DNA of 62,501 bases from Candidatus Poseidoniaceae archaeon (lineage in GTDB: Archaea > Thermoplasmatota > Poseidoniia > Poseidoniales > Poseidoniaceae), in NCBI GenBank assembly GCA_949373075.1, contig CASIBX010000011.1, forward strand, positions 1 to 62,501. Direction: 5' to 3'. How positions within the stretch are numbered: position 1 is the stretch's first letter; every line of letters starts with the position of its first letter. Positions 38,496 to 48,068 of the stretch are shown here, one piece after another. Under the pieces are notes generated by a model. The model worked only from the letters and a program-made list of their open reading frames with translations, had not been told where the DNA came from and did no database searches. The position numbers and the translations under genes are program-made.

Positions 38496-41481
38496 TCATT
38501 CTCTGCGGATTAAAGCAGCGCCTAGAAGACCAATGGTTGCTAGGATTCCAGTGAATCCAGGCATTGGGTTTTCATCAGAGTAAGAATCTGCTTCTTCAGA
38601 GTGTAGACGAGGTGTGTTCCATTCTCCATCCACTTCTAGAGATGAAGTGTCAATCATTATCATATCACCTGAATTAAGTGTACCACTTTCATCCACATCG
38701 ATGAACATAACTGAGTGACCAGAGAATAAGAATGTGTCTTCTGTTACTACAATATCCGATAACTTGACTGAGTAAACATCATCTTCACAATTCATGTCAT
38801 CGTCACAGTATGCAAGAGTTACACTGTAATCATCCAAGTCTCCATGAAGGTCAACCATAGCCATAACCATGATTGTTTGCATGTCTTCCATGACATCTTC
38901 TCCATCATCATCATTCATGGCTGCCATCATGTTCTCGAATTCTGCGAAGTTCAATCCTTCGCTATTATCATCATCATACATGGAGATCATCATTGCAAGA
39001 TTTTGGTAATCTTCGTCTGACATTGGCTCTTCAGAATCATTTCCAGCATCAGACCATTCGCTTGCAGTGACTTCACCATCACCATTGGAGTCAATCATGC
39101 GGAAAATCAGTTCTGGGTCATCTTCATTGTCGCCATCATCATTCATGGCTTCCATCATTTTCTCGAATTCAGCGAAGTTCAATCCTTCGCTAGAATCATC
39201 ATCAAACATGTGCATCATTTCTTTTAGACTTTCAAAGTCTCCTTCGCCCATTGGTTCATCAGAATTATTTGCAGCATCAGACCATTCGCTTGCAGTGACT
39301 TCTCCATCACCATCAGCATCAAGCATTGCGAACATATCCTCTGGGCTAGCATCATCTCCACCATGGCGTTCTTCGACTATCATTAGTAGACCACTGCCTG
39401 AATCAGCATCGTACTGATACATAACAATGGTTTTTGAGGAATCCGCGTTGTAAATGGTGAATGCATTAGCATCACTATCGTCGATCTTACCAATGTATTC
39501 TGTACACATGTATGTGTCAGTGTCGAATTCACCATTACAATCAGATTCGTCTTCTGTTATGAAATGGTCCCAGAGTTCAGTACCGTTTACAGCTTCAATG
39601 GTTCCATAATCGCACATAGTAGTGTTATTCTCATCCGTCGAACACCCTTCATAAACCATCATTAGTGGAAGGTTGAAAGTAGAGTTGTCAAACGAGTAGT
39701 TTACATCATTGGCAGGTGTTCCGCACAACGAATCGTCTAGGTTAGAATTGTCGAATACAGACGAAAAGTCATCTGTAGAATCGATCATTGATTCATCTAC
39801 AAAGTTAACGCACTCGTAGTGAGCACGGCTATCTTCATCATTTCCATCACGGTCATCTTCACCAGATGAATACATTGAGTTTAGGTAGTCTAATTCTTCT
39901 GAACTCAAGAATGTGTCATTGTCCATATCGCTAATGTCGAACATTAGGTCGGCACCAACATCAGATGCAGACATGTCACCAAATCCATCATTTGCTAGGT
40001 CATTATTGATACAAGCAACCAATTCTTCGTAAGACACCATTGTGTCATTATCTGAGTCACAGTCTTCCATTCCACGGTCGAATGACCAGGAATTCTCTCC
40101 TGTGTGGCCGTCACCACTGTCTGAAGAGACCCACATGTAACCTGCATACTCACAATCCATCTGGTTGTCATATTCTTCTAAGACTACGTGTCTATCCATG
40201 TCGTAGCAGACCATGTCTTCTTCACGGTCTTCATCATGTCCGTCATGGTCATCCTCATCCCTGTCCATGCTAGTCCACATGTAACCTGCATCGTAACAAT
40301 CCATTTCGTCATAGATATCGACTACTTCGTGAGTATCCATGTCGTAACATACCATGTCTTCGTCCATTTCTTCTCCTTCACCATCCTCCAAGCACTGTTG
40401 CGTCAATTAGAATAAATGGTAGAGCAGATAGAGGTAGAGTATTGTCGACTACAGTTTCGCCGGAATTGATTAGCACAAACTTAACCCAGTTGTTCTCATC
40501 ATTAACATCCATCATACTAAATCCAGTAACTGTGAAGTCAGAAGTCGTGTAAACTTCAAGTGCACCAAATGATGCACCTTCAACATTCAGTAATCCGCTG
40601 AACATTATCTCGTCTCCGATAACTTCGTATCCAGAGAATGTTGCTGTAACTGGATTGAAGTATCCTGTGTAATCTCCTGATTCAGGATTTTCATCTTCAC
40701 CCATGCCCATATCCATGTCAGCTTGCCTTCCTGCAGTAACATCTTCATCTGAACCGTCGTCACAATCTTCATCTCCATCATTGACATAGGCAGCAGGGAC
40801 TTCGTCTCCATCATCGCAGACGAACATTTCTATCTCATTATCTTCATCTGAGCGATCTTCGCAATCATACATTCCATCATTGACCCAATCAGCAGGGATT
40901 TCTTCACCATTATCGCAGACGAACATTTCGCCGCTATCCATGTCATCTCCCATGTCCATGTCATCTCCCATGTCCATGTCCATGTCAAGTCCCATGTTCA
41001 TCATAGCGCCAAACGCTTCTAGAGTAGTTCCTTCGTGACTCATTCGAACTTGATAGTCAGTAGTTCCGTTATTGTATGAATATTGAACTTCACTTCCTGA
41101 AACAATCATATCGGAGATTAGGGTTTCTTCACCATAATTATCCTCGATAGTTACTTTCATTCCATCTGGTGTCACTACCATAGTTTCCATGTAATGCCAG
41201 GTATCGTCACCCATAACTGAAGAGACTTCCATTGAATAACCAATTGTGGAAGTTATGTTATCCATGTCTGGTCCTTCATCCATCAAATTGACGAAAGAAA
41301 CAATTCCTGCTTCAAGGTCATCTTCTAAAGCACACAAACCGCTTTCAGTAGCATTTTCATCATAATTCAAAGCGCTTTCATCATCGCAACCTACGATACT
41401 AACGATGTCATCGTCGTCTGAACTCAGACATCCAGCTAGTAGTAATAGGGCAGTCAAACATATGGCTATTGCTTTATCCAT
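38496..41481 (-). CDS. Acidic surface protein with lipobox, GCDD repeat, two LDL-receptor class A-like repeats, Cys repeats, EF-hands and PGF-CTERM; one gene split by a frameshift at ~40390
   Basis: ORFs 40378-41481 and 38496-40406 join if one G is removed from CTT-GGAG-GAT (...DATVL/EDGEGEE...). LAGC lipobox; CDNGEEIPADWVNDGMYDCEDRSDE and a second LDLa-like copy; DADGDGEVTASE-type EF loops; C-terminus MPGFTGILATIGLLGAALIRRE. Confidence 0.8.
38903..39325. repeat. Intragenic duplication with 228-bp period encoding paired EF-hand units
   Basis: CAGCATCAGACCATTCGCTTGCAGTGACTT starts at both 39044 and 39272; GCGAAGTTCAATCCTTCGCTA is also duplicated. Confidence 0.8.
40937..40986. repeat. 18-bp/6-bp tandem repeat encoding MDMGDD/DM
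   Basis: TCCATGTCATCTCCCATG x2, then TCCATG x2. Confidence 0.8.
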
Positions 41482-41521
41482 AAACCATATGCCGTTGCGA
41501 CTCCTTAATGAAAGGTTCTAT

Positions 41522-41965
41522 TTATGAAATTGACAGCAATTCGGTACCCTGTTCTACTTGGTTTCCTTGCTGATAAAAGATTGATTCGATTACGCCGTCA
41601 GAACCTGCAGTGATTTTGTGCTCCATCTTCATCGCCTCCATTATCATCAAAGTTTCACCTGCAGAAACTGTTTGTCCAACCTTGACATGAACTTCGAGAA
41701 TCTTACCCGGCATTGGAGCAGTTAGCCCTTTGTCATCATCGGAGCCAACAGCACCAGGCTCTATCACTTCGAATTGAAGCGTGTGTCCTAAGACATGAAC
41801 CCACCACACGTCTCCAACCTTAGTAGCAGTAGCCTTGTGTTTTCTACCGTCTATCTCTAACCATAATTCATCCCCCATGTGAAGCATCATTCCTTCATGA
41901 ATGAAGGTTGAACCGTCACGTTGCGGCGAAATTTCAATTCGGTCGCCGCCGAACTTAAATTCCAT
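41522..41965 (-). CDS. Biotin carboxyl carrier protein
   Basis: LTAPMPGKI...MEAMKMEH biotinylation motif; coupled to the upstream stop (TGATG). Confidence 0.92.
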   Translation of the reverse strand: MEFKFGGDRIEISPQRDGSTFIHEGMMLHMGDELWLEIDGRKHKATATKVGDVWWVHVLGHTLQFEVIEPGAVGSDDDKGLTAPMPGKILEVHVKVGQTVSAGETLMIMEAMKMEHKITAGSDGVIESIFYQQGNQVEQGTELLSIS

Positions 41966-43452
41966 CAAGGCAACCTCCTGTTGATAGTTTGGAATGGAGA
42001 GGGAGCCACTTGAGAAGTAGCTCCAACTGAAATTGTATTGCCGTGATTATTTGATTCGCAAGCAGATGCTATCAGCAAACCAGCATCAGTGATCATTGAT
42101 TCCATGTCTGGAGTCCAACCTTCAGGCCAAAGCCTGTCGATCATATCCGTAGTAGTCCAACCATCTACAACATCTGGGTGATAACATAACTCTCTGAGAA
42201 ACCTGATATTGGTGGTACACCCCAGAATTACAAAGTCATCTAGAGCCCTGCCCATTCGTTGAAGGGCTTCGCCTCTAGATGGCGCCCAGACGATTAATTT
42301 TGCAAGCATTGGGTCATAATCCGGAGTTACATCATCCCCTTCACGAACACCGGTATCTAAGCGCACACCAGGTCCAGTTGGCGCAATAAATCGCTTCAGT
42401 TTACCAATCGCAGGAAGGAAATTGTTCGATGGGTCTTCAGCATACAACCTTACTTCAATCGCATGACCACGCATAGATAAATCACCACAACTCATCGGCT
42501 CGCCACCTGCGATTCGAAGTTGTTCTCTTACTAAATCTACACCAGTAACCATCTCGGTAACCGGATGTTCTACCTGTATTCGAGTATTCATTTCCAAAAA
42601 GAAGAACTCTCCTTTTGGAGTTACAAGGAATTCAACTGTCCCTGCGCCTTCATAATTAACAGCAGCCGCTGCTGCACACGCTGCTTGACCCATGGCTTCT
42701 CTCAATTCAGCATCTAGTGCAACGCTTGGTGATTCTTCGAAGACTTTCTGGTGTCTTCTTTGAACACTGCATTCTCTTTCTCCAAGGTGAATTGTACGCC
42801 CGTATTTGTCTGCTAAAACTTGAATTTCAATATGGCGACTTCCAGTTAGAAGTCTTTCAACATAGATTCGGTCATCACCAAATGCATTCAGGGCTTCTCT
42901 CATCGCTGCCTTTGCTTCACTCTCAAGATTTGAAGCATCGTGAACCGCACGCATTCCTTTACCACCACCACCAGATGTTGCCTTGAGTAAGAGAGGATAT
43001 CCTACGGAAGGAGCCACTGCAAGGACTTCTTCTAAACCGCCTTCGACTTCTTCACCCGGAATAACAGGCACTCCTGCAGCCCTCATGGTAATTCTTGCAG
43101 TCATTTTGTCTCCCATCTTGGTTATCGCTTCAGGAGATGGACCTACCCAAATTAATCCTGCATCCATAACCGCCTGTGCAAAATCGGCTCTTTCTGAAAG
43201 GAAACCAAAGCCAGGATGTATTGAATCGCATCTGTTCTCGATTGCTATTTTGAGAATTTGTTGTTGATTTAGGTACGTCTCACTAAGACCTTCGCCTTCT
43301 AGTTGAATGCTAATATCTGCAAGTTCAGTGAACATAGTACCGGCATCATTTGCCGCATTGATTGCAACTCCTTCGATGCCAGCTTCCTTGCAAGCTCGTA
43401 AAATCCGGCATGCAATCTCACCGCGATTGGCGACGAGAGTGCGCTTTAGCAT
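41965..43452 (-). CDS. Biotin carboxylase subunit (methylcrotonyl-CoA carboxylase alpha-like)
   Basis: LVANRGEIA, IHPGFGFLSE, KATSGGGGKGMR, RECSVQRRHQK, EMNTRIQVEHPVTE; start ATG 43452 after GAGGAG. Confidence 0.93.
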   Translation of the reverse strand: MLKRTLVANRGEIACRILRACKEAGIEGVAINAANDAGTMFTELADISIQLEGEGLSETYLNQQQILKIAIENRCDSIHPGFGFLSERADFAQAVMDAGLIWVGPSPEAITKMGDKMTARITMRAAGVPVIPGEEVEGGLEEVLAVAPSVGYPLLLKATSGGGGKGMRAVHDASNLESEAKAAMREALNAFGDDRIYVERLLTGSRHIEIQVLADKYGRTIHLGERECSVQRRHQKVFEESPSVALDAELREAMGQAACAAAAAVNYEGAGTVEFLVTPKGEFFFLEMNTRIQVEHPVTEMVTGVDLVREQLRIAGGEPMSCGDLSMRGHAIEVRLYAEDPSNNFLPAIGKLKRFIAPTGPGVRLDTGVREGDDVTPDYDPMLAKLIVWAPSRGEALQRMGRALDDFVILGCTTNIRFLRELCYHPDVVDGWTTTDMIDRLWPEGWTPDMESMITDAGLLIASACESNNHGNTISVGATSQVAPSPFQTINRRLP

Positions 43453-43456
43453 CGAA

Positions 43457-44293
43457 TCACTCCTCTGGTTTCCAAGATGCACCGCGTTTCTCAAGGAAAG
43501 AAGAGAGACCTTCTTGTCCCTCGTCACTACCTCTCATTCGGCTAGTAAAGTCAAGTGTCCATAGTCGTAGTGATTCATCATCGCCAGACCATCGGTCAAA
43601 TCCAACAGTCAATTCTTTTGCAGCGGTAACTGCACATGGACCGGTTGAAAGAACTTCAGAGATGATATTTGAAGGGTCTAGGGAATCATCAATCGCATCG
43701 ATCATCCCAATACGTAGAGCCTCAGTAGTATCCATCCTACCAGCCAGCATTGCATGGCGGCGGAAATTTGCACTACCCATTCTACGATATACATACGGTC
43801 CAATCACAGCAGGAAGAATTCCCAATTTCCCTTCAGATAATGCAATCTTGACTCCGGAGTTACAAATCACATGGTCAAGACATGCAATCAAACCAGCACC
43901 TCCTCCTAATGCGACTCCTTGAACCAACCCAATCGTGAAACAAGGGTGTGCCCAAAGTCCGTTGAACAATGCATCCAACCTTTCCGAGTCTCTTCGGTTT
44001 TCTTCAGGAGTATTAGCTCCTGCATCTCGCATCATGTTGATGTCTGCACCAGCACAGAAGTGCTTGCCCATTCCTGCTAGTTTGAGCACTCGTAAGTAGG
44101 GTGTTCCATCATCCGATGTGAGTTGGTCTTGGACTCCAACTGAGTTCTCTGCAGTCCAACTGAACACTTCAATCAATTCTGTAATCATTTGAACATTCAA
44201 GGCATTGTATTTGTCAGGTCTAGCCAAACTTACGCTAGCAACACATCCGTCTATGTCCAATTGAATAAGTGAAGTTGCGGGTTGATTATTCAT
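43457..44293 (-). CDS. Enoyl-CoA hydratase family protein, probably methylglutaconyl-CoA hydratase
   Basis: RPDKYNALN, HFCAGADIN, GVALGGGAGL, LSEGKLGILPAVIGPYV, EGQEGLSSFLEKR; lies between MCC subunit genes. Confidence 0.85.
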   Translation of the reverse strand: MNNQPATSLIQLDIDGCVASVSLARPDKYNALNVQMITELIEVFSWTAENSVGVQDQLTSDDGTPYLRVLKLAGMGKHFCAGADINMMRDAGANTPEENRRDSERLDALFNGLWAHPCFTIGLVQGVALGGGAGLIACLDHVICNSGVKIALSEGKLGILPAVIGPYVYRRMGSANFRRHAMLAGRMDTTEALRIGMIDAIDDSLDPSNIISEVLSTGPCAVTAAKELTVGFDRWSGDDESLRLWTLDFTSRMRGSDEGQEGLSSFLEKRGASWKPEE

Positions 44294-44328
44294 GTCTAAT
44301 TCCTCAATTGCAAAAATTAAAAATCCAA

Positions 44329-45939
44329 TTACATTCTAAATACGCCAAACCGGTCATTTGGTAACTTCGCGTTTTGACTGGCAGCGATACATAATCCAAG
44401 TACATCTCTAGTGTCTCTTGGGTCAATTATCCCGTCATCCCAAATGCGGGCTGTCGAGTAATATGGACTGCCTTCTGTCTCGTACTTTTCGAGAATTGGG
44501 GCTCTGAAGTTTTCCAACTCTTCGCCATCCATTGGCTCCTTACCTTCTCTTGCCCTTTGGTCTTGTTTTACAGTTGCAAGTACATCAGCTGCTTGTGGCC
44601 CACCCATAACAGAAATCCGGCTATTAGGCCACATGAATAGGAATCTTGGATCGTATGCTCGTCCACACATGCCGTAATTTCCAGCACCGTGTGAACCGCC
44701 GATTATCACAGTAAACTTTGGAACGTTAACACAAGAAACTGCAGTTACTAACTTTGCACCATCCTTGGCAATACCACCTGCTTCATACGCCTTGCCTACC
44801 ATGAAGCCAGTAATGTTCTGTAAGAAAATTAGAGGTATTCCTCTTTGACCGCATAACTCAACAAAGTGTGCACCCTTGAGAGATGATTCAGAAAATAAAA
44901 TTCCATTATTTGCTACAATTCCGACTTTGTAGCCATGTATGTGGGCAAAACCGCAAATCAGGGTTTGGCCATATCTTGCTTTGAATTCATGGAATCTACT
45001 GCCATCAACAATCCTAGCGATTATCTCTTTGATGTCAACAGGTGTTCTGTTATCGGAAGGAATTAGTCCGAGTAAATCTTCTACATCATGGAATGGTTCA
45101 GCAGATTCGATTCTATCAAATGGTGCTAATTCTCTCGAACCTAGGTTTTCAACTACGTTGCGAACCATTCGTAGTGCTTCTGTTTCATCCTCTGCAAAGT
45201 GATCTGCCACACCGCTTTGAGCGGTGTGAACATCAGCTCCACCCAACTCTTCAGCCGTGACTTCCTCACCCGTGGCAGCCTTCACCAAAGGCGGCCCTGC
45301 TAGGAAGATTGTACCATTTCCTTTGACAATAATGGACTCATCGCTCATCGCCGGAACATATGCCCCGCCTGCAGTACAACTACCCAATACTGCAGCAACT
45401 TGAGGAATTCCATCTCCAGACATCCTTGCTTGATTACGGAAGATACGTCCAAAGTGTCCGATGTCAGGGAATACTTCATCCTGCATAGGAAGGAAAGCGC
45501 CACCTGAATCAACCAGGTATATGCATGGCAAATTGTTCTCGTGTGCTACTGTTTGCGCACGTATGTGTTTCTTGACTGTCATTGGATAGTAGGAGCCTCC
45601 TTTGACAGTAGCATCGTTAGCTACAAACAAACACTCACGACCATGAACCATACCGACTCCAGTAACGATGCCTGCACTATTAGCACGGCCATCATACAAT
45701 TCGTATGCAGCAAGTGGTGATAACTCGAGGAACGCAGTCCCCGGGTCGATGATTTTCTCGATACGCTCTCTCGCCAACATTTTGTCACGGCTTCGATGCC
45801 TTTCGACATACTTTCCACCGCCGCCCTTACTGACTAGTTCTAGCCTTTCACGAAGGGTGTCAACCAATTCCAAATTGTGAGTTCGCCTGTTTTGGAAGTC
45901 CGTATCGGCTCGGTTTACTCGTGTTGGTAACCTATCCAT
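44329..45939 (-). CDS. Carboxyltransferase, 3-methylcrotonyl-CoA carboxylase beta subunit (MccB/LiuB-like)
   Basis: [66 protein letters not shown], ending FGVFRM. Confidence 0.92.
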   Translation of the reverse strand: MDRLPTRVNRADTDFQNRRTHNLELVDTLRERLELVSKGGGGKYVERHRSRDKMLARERIEKIIDPGTAFLELSPLAAYELYDGRANSAGIVTGVGMVHGRECLFVANDATVKGGSYYPMTVKKHIRAQTVAHENNLPCIYLVDSGGAFLPMQDEVFPDIGHFGRIFRNQARMSGDGIPQVAAVLGSCTAGGAYVPAMSDESIIVKGNGTIFLAGPPLVKAATGEEVTAEELGGADVHTAQSGVADHFAEDETEALRMVRNVVENLGSRELAPFDRIESAEPFHDVEDLLGLIPSDNRTPVDIKEIIARIVDGSRFHEFKARYGQTLICGFAHIHGYKVGIVANNGILFSESSLKGAHFVELCGQRGIPLIFLQNITGFMVGKAYEAGGIAKDGAKLVTAVSCVNVPKFTVIIGGSHGAGNYGMCGRAYDPRFLFMWPNSRISVMGGPQAADVLATVKQDQRAREGKEPMDGEELENFRAPILEKYETEGSPYYSTARIWDDGIIDPRDTRDVLGLCIAASQNAKLPNDRFGVFRM

Positions 45940-45989
45940 AACTGCCCCTCCACACTGAGCGAAGGATGAGTTCGACTTGAATCAACCGC

Positions 45990-47267
45990 TTAGACACCCA
46001 GTATTAAACGGCCTATGTCCCTTAATCCTGGAGCCATGCCCACGATCATAACGGCTAATACAATTAGAACTCGCAAATGCTGCTGCTTTCTTTCAATACG
46101 CATTTGGGAAAACAACCAAATTATCAAAGTCACAATTGATGCTTTGACTAGGAAGAAAAGCCATGCTCCTTCTCCAAAGACATCTAAACCATTTCCAAAT
46201 TGGATAACCGCATCTGAAACAGGATGTTTCTCAGAGTACCCAAACCAATCGATCCCCACCATTGTAGCCAAACCATCACACAGTTGCCCAAATAGCATAC
46301 CTGCAACCATCGGAGTCGCAAGTATTGCTTTGGGAGTAAGCATCTCGACTGGATGTTCTGAGCGGTCAGTACTCTCCCACTCTTCCAAAGTAAGACCATC
46401 TGGAATTAATCCGACCTCATTACCTGTCAAACGTAATTGAGCTAAATCCTCTTCACCTTGGCGCCAAACTGCCCATGTTACGATAAGAGGTAATACGACT
46501 ACAACAAGAACTGGCCAAATTATCTCGTTATCTCTTGGCATCATTCCACTATCTTGAACCCAAGGAGTTGAAGCAAGTTGAGCCCAATGCCCAAGACCCA
46601 TTGTTATCAGCCCAATAGCAAATGCGAGCATTGCCCTAGGTATTGCTTGCCAATCCCATGTATTGTGAAGAACTACGGCAATCATAACCGCGCCAGCGAT
46701 TGAACCGCTAAGGACCCAAAAGTGACCGATATCGTGCTCGTGCACATTTGGTAAGACCAATAATCCGGTAAATGCAACATAAGCGAAAAGAAGCATTGAT
46801 AGCATCGAAATATGACTCTTACGACCTATGTGTCCAATCAATGCGGAAATGATTAGCCAAGCAGCTAGGTGAATATGAATCAAAGGTGAGATGAAAAGTA
46901 CATCCACACCCTCTGCAAAATAATCTGCATCTTCCATCACTCTTAGTACAGGAGCTAAAACAACCCAGGACATCAATGCCCATACCATTCTGTCATCTAC
47001 AGGTAATTGCCATTTGCGGAATAGTGCCTGGAAAACAATCACTGCAGCAACCATCGTCAAAATGTAGACCAATGTGTTAACTTTGGAATAACCTGCATCT
47101 CCGCTTTCACCAGCATCTTTGATAATAGGGTCCCAGATGTATATTTTGAAGAAATCATCCCAGAATAATTCCGGAGCAAACAGCAGACCCGCGAGTATTG
47201 TTACTGCAATTAGGCCAAATATTGCAAGAAGAATCCGCTCCCCTTTGGAGAACTCAGTATCTTCCAT
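45990..47267 (-). CDS. DUF63-like archaeal membrane protein
   Basis: Polytopic; YIWDPII.DA...GYSKVNT, LRVMEDA, FISPLI, DGLAT.VGID..GY.EKH, GMAPGLRD. Confidence 0.75.
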   Translation of the reverse strand: MEDTEFSKGERILLAIFGLIAVTILAGLLFAPELFWDDFFKIYIWDPIIKDAGESGDAGYSKVNTLVYILTMVAAVIVFQALFRKWQLPVDDRMVWALMSWVVLAPVLRVMEDADYFAEGVDVLFISPLIHIHLAAWLIISALIGHIGRKSHISMLSMLLFAYVAFTGLLVLPNVHEHDIGHFWVLSGSIAGAVMIAVVLHNTWDWQAIPRAMLAFAIGLITMGLGHWAQLASTPWVQDSGMMPRDNEIIWPVLVVVVLPLIVTWAVWRQGEEDLAQLRLTGNEVGLIPDGLTLEEWESTDRSEHPVEMLTPKAILATPMVAGMLFGQLCDGLATMVGIDWFGYSEKHPVSDAVIQFGNGLDVFGEGAWLFFLVKASIVTLIIWLFSQMRIERKQQHLRVLIVLAVMIVGMAPGLRDIGRLILGV

Positions 47268-47314
47268 AGTACGACCTCAGTCTAATTCGGGTGATGATAG
47301 TTACCCGTAATGGA

Positions 47315-48013
47315 TCACTCTTCTTCTTCAGAAACGACGCGAGGCTCGTGTACTTCGACGAATGATACCTTTCCTGCTTCAACTGCATCCCTTAGGACGG
47401 TTACTAGGCGGAACTTCTGCATTGCTGCATTAGTATCGAAAAGCATAGTTTGCGGTACGATTACCGAGATGTCATCTCCATCAAAGGATACTTCGAATCC
47501 TTCGTGGCCGGTATTAGCTTCAAGTAGGGCTGAGACTTTCTCTTCCTTGCCTTCAATGACCTTTACGATCTTGTAATCATACTTTAGAGAGCGACCAGAC
47601 ATTGGGTGATTGTAATCGATACGTGCACGGCCTGCTGCTAGGTACGATAGAGTCCCTTGACGGCCTTCAACTTGAACTGGTCCACCAATGTAAAGTGACT
47701 TAGGGTCACGAACATGGCGAAGGAGTTTATCGATTGAAATTGTTTCAATCTGCGCTGGGTCTTTTTCACCGTAAGCATCTACAGGTGCTATTTCTAATGA
47801 AATATCCTTGTCAGCTTCTGCTTCTAGTAGGCTTGCTTCAAATCCTGCTATCAGGTTTCCTGAGCCTACAACACATACTAGTGGCGTGTAATTTCGCCCC
47901 TCTTGGTGCATCTCATGTTCCTTTGCAACATCTTCTCGAGTTGTTTCAATTAAATCGCCGGACTCTGCGTTGTACAAATCGTACTCCACATGGACAATGG
48001 TTCCTTCTTCCAT
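47315..48013 (-). CDS. Long-type archaeal FKBP peptidyl-prolyl isomerase
   Basis: VHVEY...IETT, VGSGNLIAGFE, PVDAYGEKD, IDYNHPMSG; acidic C-terminal domain; AGGTGAG RBS. Confidence 0.9.
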   Translation of the reverse strand: MEEGTIVHVEYDLYNAESGDLIETTREDVAKEHEMHQEGRNYTPLVCVVGSGNLIAGFEASLLEAEADKDISLEIAPVDAYGEKDPAQIETISIDKLLRHVRDPKSLYIGGPVQVEGRQGTLSYLAAGRARIDYNHPMSGRSLKYDYKIVKVIEGKEEKVSALLEANTGHEGFEVSFDGDDISVIVPQTMLFDTNAAMQKFRLVTVLRDAVEAGKVSFVEVHEPRVVSEEEE

Positions 48014-48028
48014 GGTATCTCACCTATC

Positions 48029-48043
48029 GCCCCCTACGGGGGC
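48029..48043. promoter_or_regulatory. GC-rich palindrome with 3-nt spacer upstream of the FKBP gene
   Basis: GCCCCC-TAC-GGGGGC, just 5' of the RBS on the minus strand. Confidence 0.55.
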
Positions 48044-48068
48044 ATTCCGGCGACAAACCGTCCCTATT

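Noticed and set aside
40378-40406. Programmed frameshift or phase variation in the PGF-CTERM gene
   Set aside because: No slippery heptamer or homopolymer tract; one extra G explains it, and similar indels occur elsewhere in the window.
38900-41000. Direct repeats considered as CRISPR or mobile-element ends
   Set aside because: They are in-frame coding repeats (EF-hand, LDLa-like, MDMGDD) without a regular repeat-spacer pattern, and no cas or transposase gene is present.
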